Source: a virus (lineage: Duplodnaviria > Heunggongvirae > Uroviricota > Caudoviricetes). Taken from it: DNA of 64,000 nucleotides. The DNA is taken from IMG/VR virus record IMGVR_UViG_2571042005_000001, positions 48,446 through 112,445 of that record, one strand, 5' to 3'. Under the pieces are notes generated by a model, which was given only the letters and a program-made list of their open reading frames with translations, did no database searches and was not told where the DNA came from. How positions within the stretch are numbered: position 1 is the stretch's first letter; each line of letters opens with the position of its first letter. The position numbers were made by a program, and so were the translations under genes. This document shows, piece by piece, positions 20,427-28,881 of this stretch.

Positions 20427-21098
20427 TCATGGCCATCCACCTGGGGGCACGTCGAAGTTTTCTTTGAAGACATCGGGGTTTTGCCATGGGGGGGTGAAGT
20501 CTTGCAGTCCGGTCGGGGTGATGGTTTTGTAGCCTCGGGTCATGCCGTGCACCAGGGCGATGAGTTCGCTGCAGTCGCAGAGTTCACCTTGTGGGCCTTC
20601 GAATCTGGAGTTGAGGGGCAGGATGATGGCTTCGTCCACTTCGATCCACTGGAAGGGGGGTGGCGGGGTGGGCATGCGGTGCCATGGGCGGTCTTTGGCT
20701 GTGCGGGTCGACCAGAGCATGGGCATGCGGTACCAGAGTTGTGTGGAGAAGGTGCATTTCGCTTGGGCTTGCTCAGTGAAAGCCAAGTCGACGATGCTTT
20801 TGTCGAGTTGGTGAAAGGGTGCCAGTCGGAAGCCATTGAAGTGCAGGATGCCTTTGAGCATGCGCATCAGCGTGGCTTCCACAACGAAGTTGTCCTGTTC
20901 GCTCCACGCGTTGCTGTAACTCTGGTAGCTCTGGCTGATCAGGGGTTTGCCTGAGAGGGCAAGTTCGATGCGTGCAGTGCTGGGGTCGTTGTGGATGAAG
21001 AAGTGGTACGGTTCGAGCAGGTAATTTCGGTTCAGGGCGTCTTGCAGGTTTTGGAGGTCCTCGAAGGTCAGCAGGTTGAATTTTTGCTTCTCGGGCAT
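20427..21098 (-). CDS. Hypothetical protein (223 aa)
   Basis: Minus-strand ORF in a GT-skewed block. Confidence 0.45.
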   Translation of the reverse strand: MPEKQKFNLLTFEDLQNLQDALNRNYLLEPYHFFIHNDPSTARIELALSGKPLISQSYQSYSNAWSEQDNFVVEATLMRMLKGILHFNGFRLAPFHQLDKSIVDLAFTEQAQAKCTFSTQLWYRMPMLWSTRTAKDRPWHRMPTPPPPFQWIEVDEAIILPLNSRFEGPQGELCDCSELIALVHGMTRGYKTITPTGLQDFTPPWQNPDVFKENFDVPPGGWP

Positions 21099-21117
21099 GG
21101 TGGGTTCCTTCTGGGGC

Positions 21118-21357
21118 TCATGGGTTTTGCTTGTGTTTCTGGAGGTGCCTGTAGCCTTTGGGGGTGAGGCGGTAAAAGCAGACTTCTCGGGGTGAGTATT
21201 GGATTTTGCGTTTCAGCAGTCCATCGATGACCATTTCGCTGGCCAGCCTGCCGACCAGAGCTGGGCTGTGGCCGGTGGCTTCTGCGATGTCATGCACGGA
21301 CTGGAATGTGAAGTTGGTGGCGTGCAGGATGTGCAGGCTTTTTTTGGGTGCGCGCAT
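21118..21357 (-). CDS. Winged-helix DNA-binding protein (79 aa)
   Basis: Small basic protein with an HTH-like segment SVHDIAEATGHSPALVGRLASEM and a basic C-terminal wing. Confidence 0.45.
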   Translation of the reverse strand: MRAPKKSLHILHATNFTFQSVHDIAEATGHSPALVGRLASEMVIDGLLKRKIQYSPREVCFYRLTPKGYRHLQKHKQNP

Positions 21358-21419
21358 GGGTCTCTCTGAATGAAAGAAACCGGGTGCTTTTGGCAGCCCG
21401 GTTCTGGTGAGGTGGGGGT

Positions 21420-21959
21420 TCAGGGTTCGGTTTGCTCTGGCTGTGGCTCTGGCTGTGGGGTTTCAGCCCAACCGACTGTGAAGTGAGGTCCTTTGAATTG
21501 TGCGGCTTCTTCTTCGCCAGTGAATTCCTGCACGGTGTATCCCCAGGCGTCGAGGGATTCTTTGACGATCGGGTTCAGTTGCCCTTTGACGTACAGCATG
21601 GGGCTTGTAACCCATGGGTTTTGGGTCATGGTGATGATTTCACGCATGATGAACCCCCACTGTGCTTGCCATTCGCCAGAGGTGACGTTCTGGTGGCGTT
21701 CTCGGGCGGTTTTGGCGTCGATGATCATGGGTTCGTGCACAGTGGGGTCTCCTGCTTCGATGGCGTACTGGCGTTGTGGGTGGCGTTTTTGTTCGAGGGT
21801 GAGGATGGTTTGGGCTTGGTTGAGGTCGGTGAAGTGGTGGGCGTGCTCCCGGAAGTACCGGTGGAAGTTGTGGCTTGCGAAGTATTGCTGGTGGCCGTCT
21901 TCGAAGGTGATTTTGATGCAGTAGGTGGTGTCGGGGTGCTGGAAGTCGGTGCTGGTCAT
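21420..21959 (-). CDS. Hypothetical protein (179 aa)
   Basis: Minus-strand ORF with a 4-nt overlap to the upstream gene. Confidence 0.45.
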   Translation of the reverse strand: MTSTDFQHPDTTYCIKITFEDGHQQYFASHNFHRYFREHAHHFTDLNQAQTILTLEQKRHPQRQYAIEAGDPTVHEPMIIDAKTARERHQNVTSGEWQAQWGFIMREIITMTQNPWVTSPMLYVKGQLNPIVKESLDAWGYTVQEFTGEEEAAQFKGPHFTVGWAETPQPEPQPEQTEP

Positions 21960-22489
21960 TCGAAGATCACCTTGATCATGGGCACTTGGGTGTTGAGGTG
22001 TGCGTGGATGTAGTGGATGCTTCCTGCGGGCTCGGTGCTCTTGAACCAGTACAGGTCGCCTGCAATGAAGGTGGCGTGCTGTTCGAGGGTGTGGACGTGG
22101 GGGGCGAGCAGGGTGTCCCAGAGGGCTTGGGGGAGGGTGAGGGTGACGCCTGAGGGTTCGCTTTCTTCACCGAAGGTTTTTTCGGTGTGGTGGGTGTGGG
22201 TGAGGGTGATGTAGGGGGTCCAGTTTGGGGCGAACTGGGAGAGTTTGCGGTCGAGGAAGATGTATGGGCGGGAGGTTTCGGGGTGTTTTTGGGTGTGGAG
22301 TTTGAGCATGTGCTCCAGGGCGTACTGGAGTTGCTCGGGGTTGAGGGGCAGGTCGGTGTTTTTGTGGGCTTCTCCGATGGTGAAGGCGATGTGCTCTCGG
22401 GTGAAGGGTTTGAAGGGGGTGTGGCGGTGGGTGCCGTGCAGTCCGTCTGTGTAGAGGGTGTGGTAGTAGGTGGTGTGTTGTGTTTTCAT
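21956..22489 (-). CDS. Hypothetical His/Thr-rich protein (about 177 aa; start taken as MKTQHTTYY at 22489 with RBS GGAGACAAC)
   Basis: First gene behind the consensus promoter at 22539-22570. The track's upstream ATG at 22543 lies inside the -10 element and is discounted. Confidence 0.5.
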   Translation of the reverse strand: MKTQHTTYYHTLYTDGLHGTHRHTPFKPFTREHIAFTIGEAHKNTDLPLNPEQLQYALEHMLKLHTQKHPETSRPYIFLDRKLSQFAPNWTPYITLTHTHHTEKTFGEESEPSGVTLTLPQALWDTLLAPHVHTLEQHATFIAGDLYWFKSTEPAGSIHYIHAHLNTQVPMIKVIFE

Positions 22490-22538
22490 GTTGTCTCCTG
22501 TGCGCGTTTGCTTCCCGGCTGTGCGCGTTCTTATGTCA

Positions 22539-22570
22539 TTCATTGTATATCATTCAGATATACTTGTCAA
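22539..22570 (-). promoter_or_regulatory. Perfect-consensus sigma70-type promoter (minus strand) TTGACA-N17-TACAAT with a palindromic operator (GTATATC...GATATAC) in the spacer
   Basis: Read on the minus strand: ttgacaAGTATATCTGAATGATAtacaat. A near-identical copy sits at 63479-63510. The adjacent inverted repeat TGACATTTGATGTCA at 22602-22616 may be a second operator. Confidence 0.6.
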
Positions 22571-22642
22571 CGCTTAAACCGCTCTGGGAAGGCAAAAAAT
22601 CAAATTGTTAAACAGAAAACATCAAACAAATGACATTTGATG

Positions 22643-23251
22643 TCACACCAAAAACGTGATGTCTGGAGTCCTCGAAGGTGGCGCATCCAGCAAACGAAGC
22701 ACGCTGGTCCCGCTGTAAGAGAACCCCAACCGGGTCCGGTCATCCGGACCCACCACGTGACCCACCGAATGCAGCCAGAGCAGCTTCCCAGTGAACAAAA
22801 CCGGATGGGCCTTCAGAAGGTCCCGGCCTGGCCACAGCAGGTTCTTCAGCATCGGCGCAGGCACATGCAAATCAAAGCCCGAGAACTTCAGCTCAGGGCA
22901 CACCTGAGGGTTCCGGCAGTAAAAGAGCTGCGCCCTCACCTCATCCGACCATGTGGGCGGCAGGCGAATGAAAAAATCATCCAGATCCACGCACTCCACC
23001 CCCTCCGGCGTCACGGTGGTGCCCCAAGCCAACAGGTATTCCGCGGTGGCCACCGCCTGCCCAGCGGTCAGTTCGCCCCGGTAAGCCTCTGGCGTGCAAC
23101 CCAGACCGTACACAAACCCTTCCAAGGTGAACGGCTTGTAGAACCGCCCACGGTCAAACTGCTCCCGGGAATCCCTCAACCCCCTCTGGAAGATCTCAGC
23201 GAGCAGATTCGAATGGAGCGGGGTGTATTGACTGTTTTGGGGGTTTTTCAT
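22643..23251 (-). CDS. Hypothetical protein (202 aa)
   Basis: Minus-strand ORF. Confidence 0.45.
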   Translation of the reverse strand: MKNPQNSQYTPLHSNLLAEIFQRGLRDSREQFDRGRFYKPFTLEGFVYGLGCTPEAYRGELTAGQAVATAEYLLAWGTTVTPEGVECVDLDDFFIRLPPTWSDEVRAQLFYCRNPQVCPELKFSGFDLHVPAPMLKNLLWPGRDLLKAHPVLFTGKLLWLHSVGHVVGPDDRTRLGFSYSGTSVLRLLDAPPSRTPDITFLV

Positions 23252-23712
23252 GTCGATCCTTTCACGAAAATGGCCAGCATCCGCTCAGCCAGATCCTTGC
23301 AACTCATGCCATAAGGGTTCCGGGTGCTCCTCAACACCCCGAACCGCCAGCAACCCATGTGGTGAGGACCAAAACCAAAAGTGTCCATGTGTTCCACCGG
23401 GCATTCCTCCAGAGCTGCATCCAGCAGCACCCGCGTGAAATCCCGATCGAAGGCATGCCCGAGGTCCTGGCAGGCACGCATGAAGGCATCCAACTGCTCA
23501 TCTGAAATGCGCGCCCAGCCCCGCTCCTCTGGGCGTTCCGCATGCCACGCCACGAAGCCCACAGGAATGGAGAACCCCAAAGTTGGCGTGAACAGCACTT
23601 CCCTCACCAGAAAAAGCGCAGGCTTCGGCTCCACAGGCTGACGGTCAAAATCCGCCATTTCCAGCAGGGCCCACCAGAGCACCACAAAGAACGACCGCAC
23701 AGCCTGCATCAT
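23248..23712 (-). CDS. Hypothetical protein (154 aa)
   Basis: Minus-strand ORF with a 4-nt overlap to its neighbour. Confidence 0.4.
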   Translation of the reverse strand: MMQAVRSFFVVLWWALLEMADFDRQPVEPKPALFLVREVLFTPTLGFSIPVGFVAWHAERPEERGWARISDEQLDAFMRACQDLGHAFDRDFTRVLLDAALEECPVEHMDTFGFGPHHMGCWRFGVLRSTRNPYGMSCKDLAERMLAIFVKGST

Positions 23713-24077
23713 CCGACCATCCTCCGATCAAGGCTCTGGTGTCCTCGCCGGGCCAAGCAGTACGCCCGACCCAGACCATCCCCTGGGCTCAAGCCCGGCA
23801 GGGACGTGAACACCCTCAGTTCAAGGCCACGTTTCGAAGGGACCGGCACGCGCACCTGGTACGCGCCTTTCTCCCGGCCCCAATCCCAACCCAACTGTGC
23901 GACCCGTGCAGCCAGAGCAAAGAACAACTCCTTCTCCAGCAGAGACCCTTCCTGTGGCCGGTCAGCCACTGTCCACAGGCCCCCGTTCAGCTCGTAAACG
24001 CTTTTCATTCCGGCATGTGGCCGCACGAATTCCGGATCCACGAAAGCCAGCTCTTCAAACAACACCAAACTCGGCAT
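23709..24077 (-). CDS. Hypothetical protein (122 aa)
   Basis: Minus-strand ORF. Confidence 0.35.
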   Translation of the reverse strand: MPSLVLFEELAFVDPEFVRPHAGMKSVYELNGGLWTVADRPQEGSLLEKELFFALAARVAQLGWDWGREKGAYQVRVPVPSKRGLELRVFTSLPGLSPGDGLGRAYCLARRGHQSLDRRMVG

Positions 24078-24465
24078 CGAGCACTCCTATGGTCTTTGGG
24101 ATGATCTCCCAGGTGTAATGCGGGAACGGACCATCGGGGGTGCTCACGGTGGCCACCCAATGGCAATGAAAAGCCTTGCTGCGGTCCCCAAGGTGCTGCC
24201 AGCGCAGCACAGCCAGAGGGTTTCGCTGGTGCACCCGCATTTGCTCAGCGGCCATCAACCGGCATGCTTCGACGGAAGAAAACAACTCCAGGTAAATGAG
24301 GCGCTCACTGCCCTCCACCGTCCGGGCCACGCACCGCAAAGAAAACACCCTGCGGGTCTTCTGCAAGGCACCCAGCCACTCCAAGAACCGCAGCCACCTG
24401 AGCTTCAAAGCGACATCAATTTCGACCACATCATGGATCCTTTCACCCCTCGGGGAATGCAACAA
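24055..24465 (-). CDS. Hypothetical protein (136 aa)
   Basis: Minus-strand ORF. Confidence 0.35.
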   Translation of the reverse strand: MLHSPRGERIHDVVEIDVALKLRWLRFLEWLGALQKTRRVFSLRCVARTVEGSERLIYLELFSSVEACRLMAAEQMRVHQRNPLAVLRWQHLGDRSKAFHCHWVATVSTPDGPFPHYTWEIIPKTIGVLDAEFGVV

Positions 24466-24477
24466 ACTGTACGAGGC

Positions 24478-24876
24478 TCAAGATGAGCGGCCCGAAATCC
24501 TCAAGGTCCGCCCGATCTCCTCTTGCAACTTCGAATCCACCCGCGCCTTCAAAGCAAAGAACCCCTCGGTCTGCTCGGGGCCCAGAGGGGCGCGAAGCTC
24601 AATGAATTCCTCAATGGCTTTCAGGTGGCCACGGTAGAACTGCAGGTCCTCATGGAACACCATGCAATCCCGAATGAACCACGCCCGGCGACCCGGCAAG
24701 CACACCGCTTGGTGCTGCAGCAGCAACAGCGACCGCTCATGGACCTTCAGGCGCTTCCATTCCGCCACCAACTGGCCGGGACGCCACGCCTCGAAAGGCA
24801 AATCCCAGAGGTTCACGGGACGCCGCTCAAACCTTCCGCCTGCCATGACGCACCTTCCGGGTTTCTCTGGCAGCAC
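24478..24876 (-). CDS. Hypothetical protein (132 aa)
   Basis: Minus-strand ORF. Confidence 0.35.
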   Translation of the reverse strand: MLPEKPGRCVMAGGRFERRPVNLWDLPFEAWRPGQLVAEWKRLKVHERSLLLLQHQAVCLPGRRAWFIRDCMVFHEDLQFYRGHLKAIEEFIELRAPLGPEQTEGFFALKARVDSKLQEEIGRTLRISGRSS

Positions 24877-25300
24877 ACCGCTTCACCTTCTCAGGCGAAA
24901 AGCGTTGCGCAGGAAAAGGATTCCCCTCTTTCAGGAAACCCGGAGCCCCCCTGTTCTTTGTGAGGGGTTGCAGCGCAGCCACCGCAGCCCGCAAGCGGGA
25001 AGCCTCCACTTCCAGAGGCACAGCCGAAACCACGCTGGCAGAACCCTGCTCTGGAGGCATCAAAGCATCCAGCAGCCCTCCCGTCATTTGGTAGGGGCAC
25101 CACTCTGGGACCTTCGGGCGTTTCGTGACCAGAAAGGCCCTCAAAGGATGCGAAGGGTGAGAGAGCGGGGATGCGCCTTCACACCACACCATCAGCACGT
25201 CATCGTCTGGCAAGTCCTGTTCAGCGAGGAGCCACTTGAACTCCCAGCCTTCCGGAAGGCCATGGGAACCCCGAAACCACCCTCCACCCTCACCCTCCAC
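24827..25300 (-). CDS. Hypothetical protein (157 aa; start uncertain)
   Basis: Minus-strand ORF. Confidence 0.35.
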   Translation of the reverse strand: MEGEGGGWFRGSHGLPEGWEFKWLLAEQDLPDDDVLMVWCEGASPLSHPSHPLRAFLVTKRPKVPEWCPYQMTGGLLDALMPPEQGSASVVSAVPLEVEASRLRAAVAALQPLTKNRGAPGFLKEGNPFPAQRFSPEKVKRCAARETRKVRHGRRKV

Positions 25301-25724
25301 GGAGCACCATCAAGCCATGAAATTCAAAGAACAACCCCAGCACCGCGAAAGCAGCAGCTCCAGGCGAATGGAAAAACAGGGCCGTGGACCCCAGCCCCAC
25401 ATGCACCATCGGGCGACTCAGCAACCCGAACCAGTGCACCCGCATCAAATTCACCAAGGTCAAATACAAATTCAACCCCAGCACCACCCAGAACAAACCC
25501 TCTGGCAGCCCGAACTTCCTGAAACCCAAGAAAGCCAGGTGGTACATCGGCAGCACCAGAGCCACGACCAGCAAACCCCACAGCACATGCTCCGCTGCAG
25601 CTTTGGCCTCCAAGGACTCCGAAGCGAAAACCACCCTCCGGCCACTGTGCAGCACATCATGCAACACACCCCAGCACAACACCACGCAATACACCCAGAA
25701 CATGACGGTCAAAAGCAGCACCAT
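25290..25724 (-). CDS. Integral membrane protein (144 aa, about 4 TM helices)
   Basis: Hydrophobic segments VLLLTVMFWVYCVVLCWGVL, LWGLLVVALVLPMYHLAFLGF, LFWVVLGLNLYLTLV and AFAVLGLFFEF. Confidence 0.45.
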   Translation of the reverse strand: MVLLLTVMFWVYCVVLCWGVLHDVLHSGRRVVFASESLEAKAAAEHVLWGLLVVALVLPMYHLAFLGFRKFGLPEGLFWVVLGLNLYLTLVNLMRVHWFGLLSRPMVHVGLGSTALFFHSPGAAAFAVLGLFFEFHGLMVLRGG

Positions 25725-25740
25725 GAAAGAACCTCCAGCA

Positions 25741-25768
25741 AACAGAAAACCCCGAGGATCTCGGGGCC
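25741..25768 (-). terminator. Rho-independent terminator (minus strand)
   Basis: Stem CCCCGAG-atc-CTCGGGG followed on the minus strand by TTTTCTGTT. It precedes a CA-rich 330-bp non-coding stretch (25770-26100). Confidence 0.4.
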
Positions 25769-26101
25769 CAGAAAGTCAACTTGTGTCGGTGACACCCAGA
25801 GCACCAGAAAACACCACGCGAAAGCAGCAGCCACAGCCACGCAACCCCCAAACGCAAAGCCCTCTGGCACAACAGAAAAAGCCCCCACTCCCACACCACG
25901 CCAACACCACCACACGTGACGGCAAAACCACCGACCCGCCCGGCCCACAAAAACCCTCTGGGACACCCCAAAGGGAAACTCGGGGTACACACATCACCGA
26001 AAACCTTCCGAAAAACGCTTTTTTGCAACTCCGGTTTTTCGCCCCGAGGTGCCTGCCAGAGGGTGGGTCTTTGTGGGGTTGGTTGTTGTGCTGGATGGGT
26101 T

Positions 26102-26954
26102 TTAGGGGTGTTGGGGTTTGATGTTTGTGTCGATGATTTGGAGGTTGAATTGTTGGCTGAGGGATTGGATGAGTTTTTGGTTGGTTTGGTTCACGCAGAT
26201 TTCCGCTTGGATGAGGATTGGGGATCCGTCTGGGAGGGCAAGGATGAGGTGTGGGTGGGCGTAAGTGTAGTGGTCGGTTTGGAGTTTGTGTTTTTCGAGC
26301 CAGCGCTTGAGCCAGAGCTGGCTTTCGCAGAGCACGAGGGTGGTGTTGGGTGGGATGGGGTTGGTTGTGAAGGCGGGGATGGGGTTGGGGGTGGAGAGGA
26401 GGATTTCGAGGGCTTGGAGGGCAACTTGGTCACCTGTGGTGGGTTTGAGGGAGCCGCCTGCTTGTTCGGGTGTGGGTGGGTAGGGTCGTGTTGCGCTGTG
26501 CCAGGTGAGGAAATCGTGGAGCCGGATGAGGGTGTCTGCATTGATGGTGTGTGTCTGGCCGTGCATGTCTTGGTAGGCGAGGGGCCCGGAGGCATCGATG
26601 GGCTGGTAGAGCTCGTGGAATTTCTCGGGGGACAGGGCTTCTCGGGCACCGTTGTGGTGGGTGAGGATCAGGTCGCCTTCCCGGATGATTTGAATGGATT
26701 GGTGGGTGGTTCTGATGAAGGGTTGCCATTGGTCGATGCCGAAGCCGCGGTCTTTGAGGCGGTGGTCCATGTTTCTGGGGTATTCAGGGTCGATGGTGCT
26801 GATCTGGTCGGGGTGTGGGTGGAGGGTGGTCCATTTGAGTTTTTGGATGTGGATGCCGGAGAGGGTGACGCCGTCTTCCATGCCCCATGTGAAGGGGTGG
26901 GTGGTGACGGGGTTTTGTTTTTGGATGTACTGCTGGGCTTTGGGGGTGGTCATG
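26102..26954 (-). CDS. Hypothetical protein (about 284 aa; start MTTPKAQQY at 26954)
   Basis: The track's 432-aa ORF has a His/Pro-rich N-terminus that is an out-of-frame overlap of the upstream membrane-protein gene, so the internal start is used. Codon usage is A/C-rich. Confidence 0.45.
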
Positions 26955-26964
26955 GTGGGTCCTT

Positions 26965-27339
26965 TCACTTGAGGGTTTGAAGGCCGATGTGGGCGATGGT
27001 GGCGATGAGGATGATGCCTGCGAATCCGCTGTATGTGACGGTGGTTTTTGTTGTGGGGTAGAGCCTTTGGCGCAGGTCGTGGAGGAGCAAGCTGAGGATG
27101 TGGTTGGCGATGATCAGCCAGTAGATCCAGAGGGGGATGTGGAGGTGGGTGAAGCCGAGGTAGTTGAGGTAGTAGATGGGGATGGTGATGGTGATGAGGA
27201 TGAGGTCTCGGAGGGTGTGGTTTACGGTTTTGGGTTGTGTGGGTTTGGGTGGAAGGATGGTGAGCAGGATGGTGAGAATTGCGAGGATGGCGTTGATGGT
27301 GATGTATGCGTAGAGGCTGATGGTGAGGAAGGTGGTCAT
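26965..27339 (-). CDS. Small integral membrane protein (124 aa, about 4 TM helices)
   Basis: Strongly hydrophobic helices (ILAILTILLTIL, LILITITIPIYYL, IPLWIYWLIIANHILSLLL, GFAGIILIATIAHIGL). Confidence 0.5.
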   Translation of the reverse strand: MTTFLTISLYAYITINAILAILTILLTILPPKPTQPKTVNHTLRDLILITITIPIYYLNYLGFTHLHIPLWIYWLIIANHILSLLLHDLRQRLYPTTKTTVTYSGFAGIILIATIAHIGLQTLK

Positions 27340-27396
27340 GGTTGCTCCTGGTTGTTTTGGGGTGGTTGTTTGAGGATTTGGATGTGGGTGGTTGGC

Positions 27397-27903
27397 TCAT
27401 GCGCGTTCATGCTGTTGGTGGGGTGTGCCTGAGAAGTTGAGGCGGTTGTACAATTCCCGCAGGAAAGGTTCGTTCATGGGTTTACTGATCACCAAGGTGC
27501 TGGCGTGCACCCGGTCCATGCGGCGCTTCTCGTTCCGGGTCAGTTCTTTCCAGAGCAGCCCGTACACGGGAAATTCGTTGTTGAGGTAGCGCTGCAGGGT
27601 GGTGAGCCTTTGCTGCCCGTCGATGATCAGGTTGTCGTATTCGTCTGCATCGGGGCTTTCGGTGATCACGAAACGCCCAATGTCGAGTTCCAGCCAGCAG
27701 CTTTCCATGAAGCACACCTGTTGTTCCTGGGTCCACACGAAGGCCCGTTGAAAGTGGGGGAGTTTCAGTCCACAAATGAGGTTGGGGTGTCCTTCTTGAG
27801 CTTGCTGGTGTTTGTAGATGAAGTGGCTGAGCGAAAAGTCGTGGCTTTGGCCTCTGGCAAGAGGGGGTGGGATGCGTTGGTGGTGTTCAGGGAGTTCAGT
27901 CAT
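27397..27903 (-). CDS. DUF262 (ParB/Srx-fold, GmrSD N-terminal-like) domain protein (168 aa)
   Basis: Diagnostic DGQQRLTT motif in NLIIDGQQRLTTLQRYLNN. It is a stand-alone DUF262 with no fused DUF1524/HNH partner. Confidence 0.7.
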   Translation of the reverse strand: MTELPEHHQRIPPPLARGQSHDFSLSHFIYKHQQAQEGHPNLICGLKLPHFQRAFVWTQEQQVCFMESCWLELDIGRFVITESPDADEYDNLIIDGQQRLTTLQRYLNNEFPVYGLLWKELTRNEKRRMDRVHASTLVISKPMNEPFLRELYNRLNFSGTPHQQHERA

Positions 27904-28144
27904 GGTGCCTCGTTGGTTTCTCTGATGGGTTTTGGATGGTGTTCTGGATGATTTTGGTGTTGGTGGTGTGGGCTTGTTGGTTGTCTTCGTGGGTCCAGAG
28001 TGGGGTTTGGAGGGCGCTGGGGTACCATTCGAGGTTGAGGGGGTGGGGTGGTGTTTTGGGGTGTTTCATGGTTTCCTTTGCAGCCAGACTATAGACAATT
28101 CTTTAAAAATAGTATATGATGGTTTCAGTTAAGGGAGGACAGAC

Positions 28145-28552
28145 ATGAACAGCCAGATCAAAATCCACATCCACAATCAGGAAGACAAAGGGTTCTTCGA
28201 ACTCATGGGTCGCTTCTTCGCCAGCTTTCAAGTGCGCCAAGCCATCGGCAGCCCCCTCAGCAGCGACGAAACCTACACCTGGGCTGTGGCCACCTCCGGC
28301 AAAGCTGTCCTCGGCTTCGCAAGCATCAAACCCCTCAAGAACGGAGCCGCCACCTTCGAAGCCGTGTACACCACCGAAGGCAACGAACTCAAAGGCCAAC
28401 TGGTCCAGAGCATCATCGAGCACGCCCGCAACCACGGCATCAAATCTCTCAAAATCATCGCCAAAATCGAGAACGCTGACTTCTACCGCGCTCTGGGCTT
28501 CGTGAGTGGCCGCCTGCAAGGCCAGTTCATCACCCTCGAAATCAAACTCTGA
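28145..28552 (+). CDS. GNAT-family N-acetyltransferase (135 aa)
   Basis: Core with FASIKPLKNGAATFEAVYT, ARNHGIKSLKIIA and FYRALGF motifs. RBS AAGGGAGG 7 nt upstream. Preceded by an AT-rich promoter-like stretch (28090-28135). It is one of the few plus-strand genes in the window. Confidence 0.65.
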   Translation: MNSQIKIHIHNQEDKGFFELMGRFFASFQVRQAIGSPLSSDETYTWAVATSGKAVLGFASIKPLKNGAATFEAVYTTEGNELKGQLVQSIIEHARNHGIKSLKIIAKIENADFYRALGFVSGRLQGQFITLEIKL

Positions 28553-28579
28553 TTCACTTTCACTGAAAGGAACCTGACC

Positions 28580-28810
28580 ATGACCACACTGAACATCACC
28601 ATCGAAAACGAAGGAATCTACTTCTGCCAGAGCGAGAGCGTCGAATTCTACTTGATCCAGTCCGAGGAGGGGGGTTTTGAGCTCGGGAATGAAATGTGGG
28701 ACACCGAAGCCCTGAGTGCCGAGCCTGACTGGGAGACTTTGAAGAAGCAGGCCATCGAGCAAGTGGAAGCCGGTGACTTCCAGGAGCCTGCAGAAGACCT
28801 CGACGACTGA
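28580..28810 (+). CDS. Hyper-acidic small protein (76 aa; about 22 Asp/Glu, 2 Lys, 0 Arg), possible DNA-mimic or immunity protein
   Basis: Sits 27 nt downstream of the GNAT gene in the same operon and is followed by a terminator. Sequence MTTLNITIENEGIYFCQSESVEFYLIQSEEGGFELGNEMWDTEALSAEPDWETLKKQAIEQVEAGDFQEPAEDLDD. Confidence 0.5.
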   Translation: MTTLNITIENEGIYFCQSESVEFYLIQSEEGGFELGNEMWDTEALSAEPDWETLKKQAIEQVEAGDFQEPAEDLDD

Positions 28811-28835
28811 ACTCCTTTTCCCTTACCCTTAACTG

Positions 28836-28862
28836 CCCTCAGGTGACCCCTGAGGGTTTTTG
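28836..28862 (+). terminator. Rho-independent terminator (plus strand) ending the GNAT/acidic-protein operon
   Basis: CCCTCAGG-tgac-CCTGAGGG stem followed by TTTTT. Confidence 0.6.
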
Positions 28863-28881
28863 CTGGACGCTGTTTCTGGTT

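Noticed and set aside
25236-26100. Q/H/P-rich plus-strand ORFs in the CA-rich gap (e.g. 25236..25919, 25384..26121)
   Set aside because: Extreme low complexity driven by the CA-rich sequence. No RBS. The region is more likely a non-coding spacer downstream of a terminator.
26102-27400. 432-aa His/Pro-rich minus-strand ORF
   Set aside because: The N-terminal 150 aa is an alternative-frame overlap of the better-supported 4-TM membrane protein gene (26965..27339). The real gene most likely starts at MTTPKAQQY (26954).
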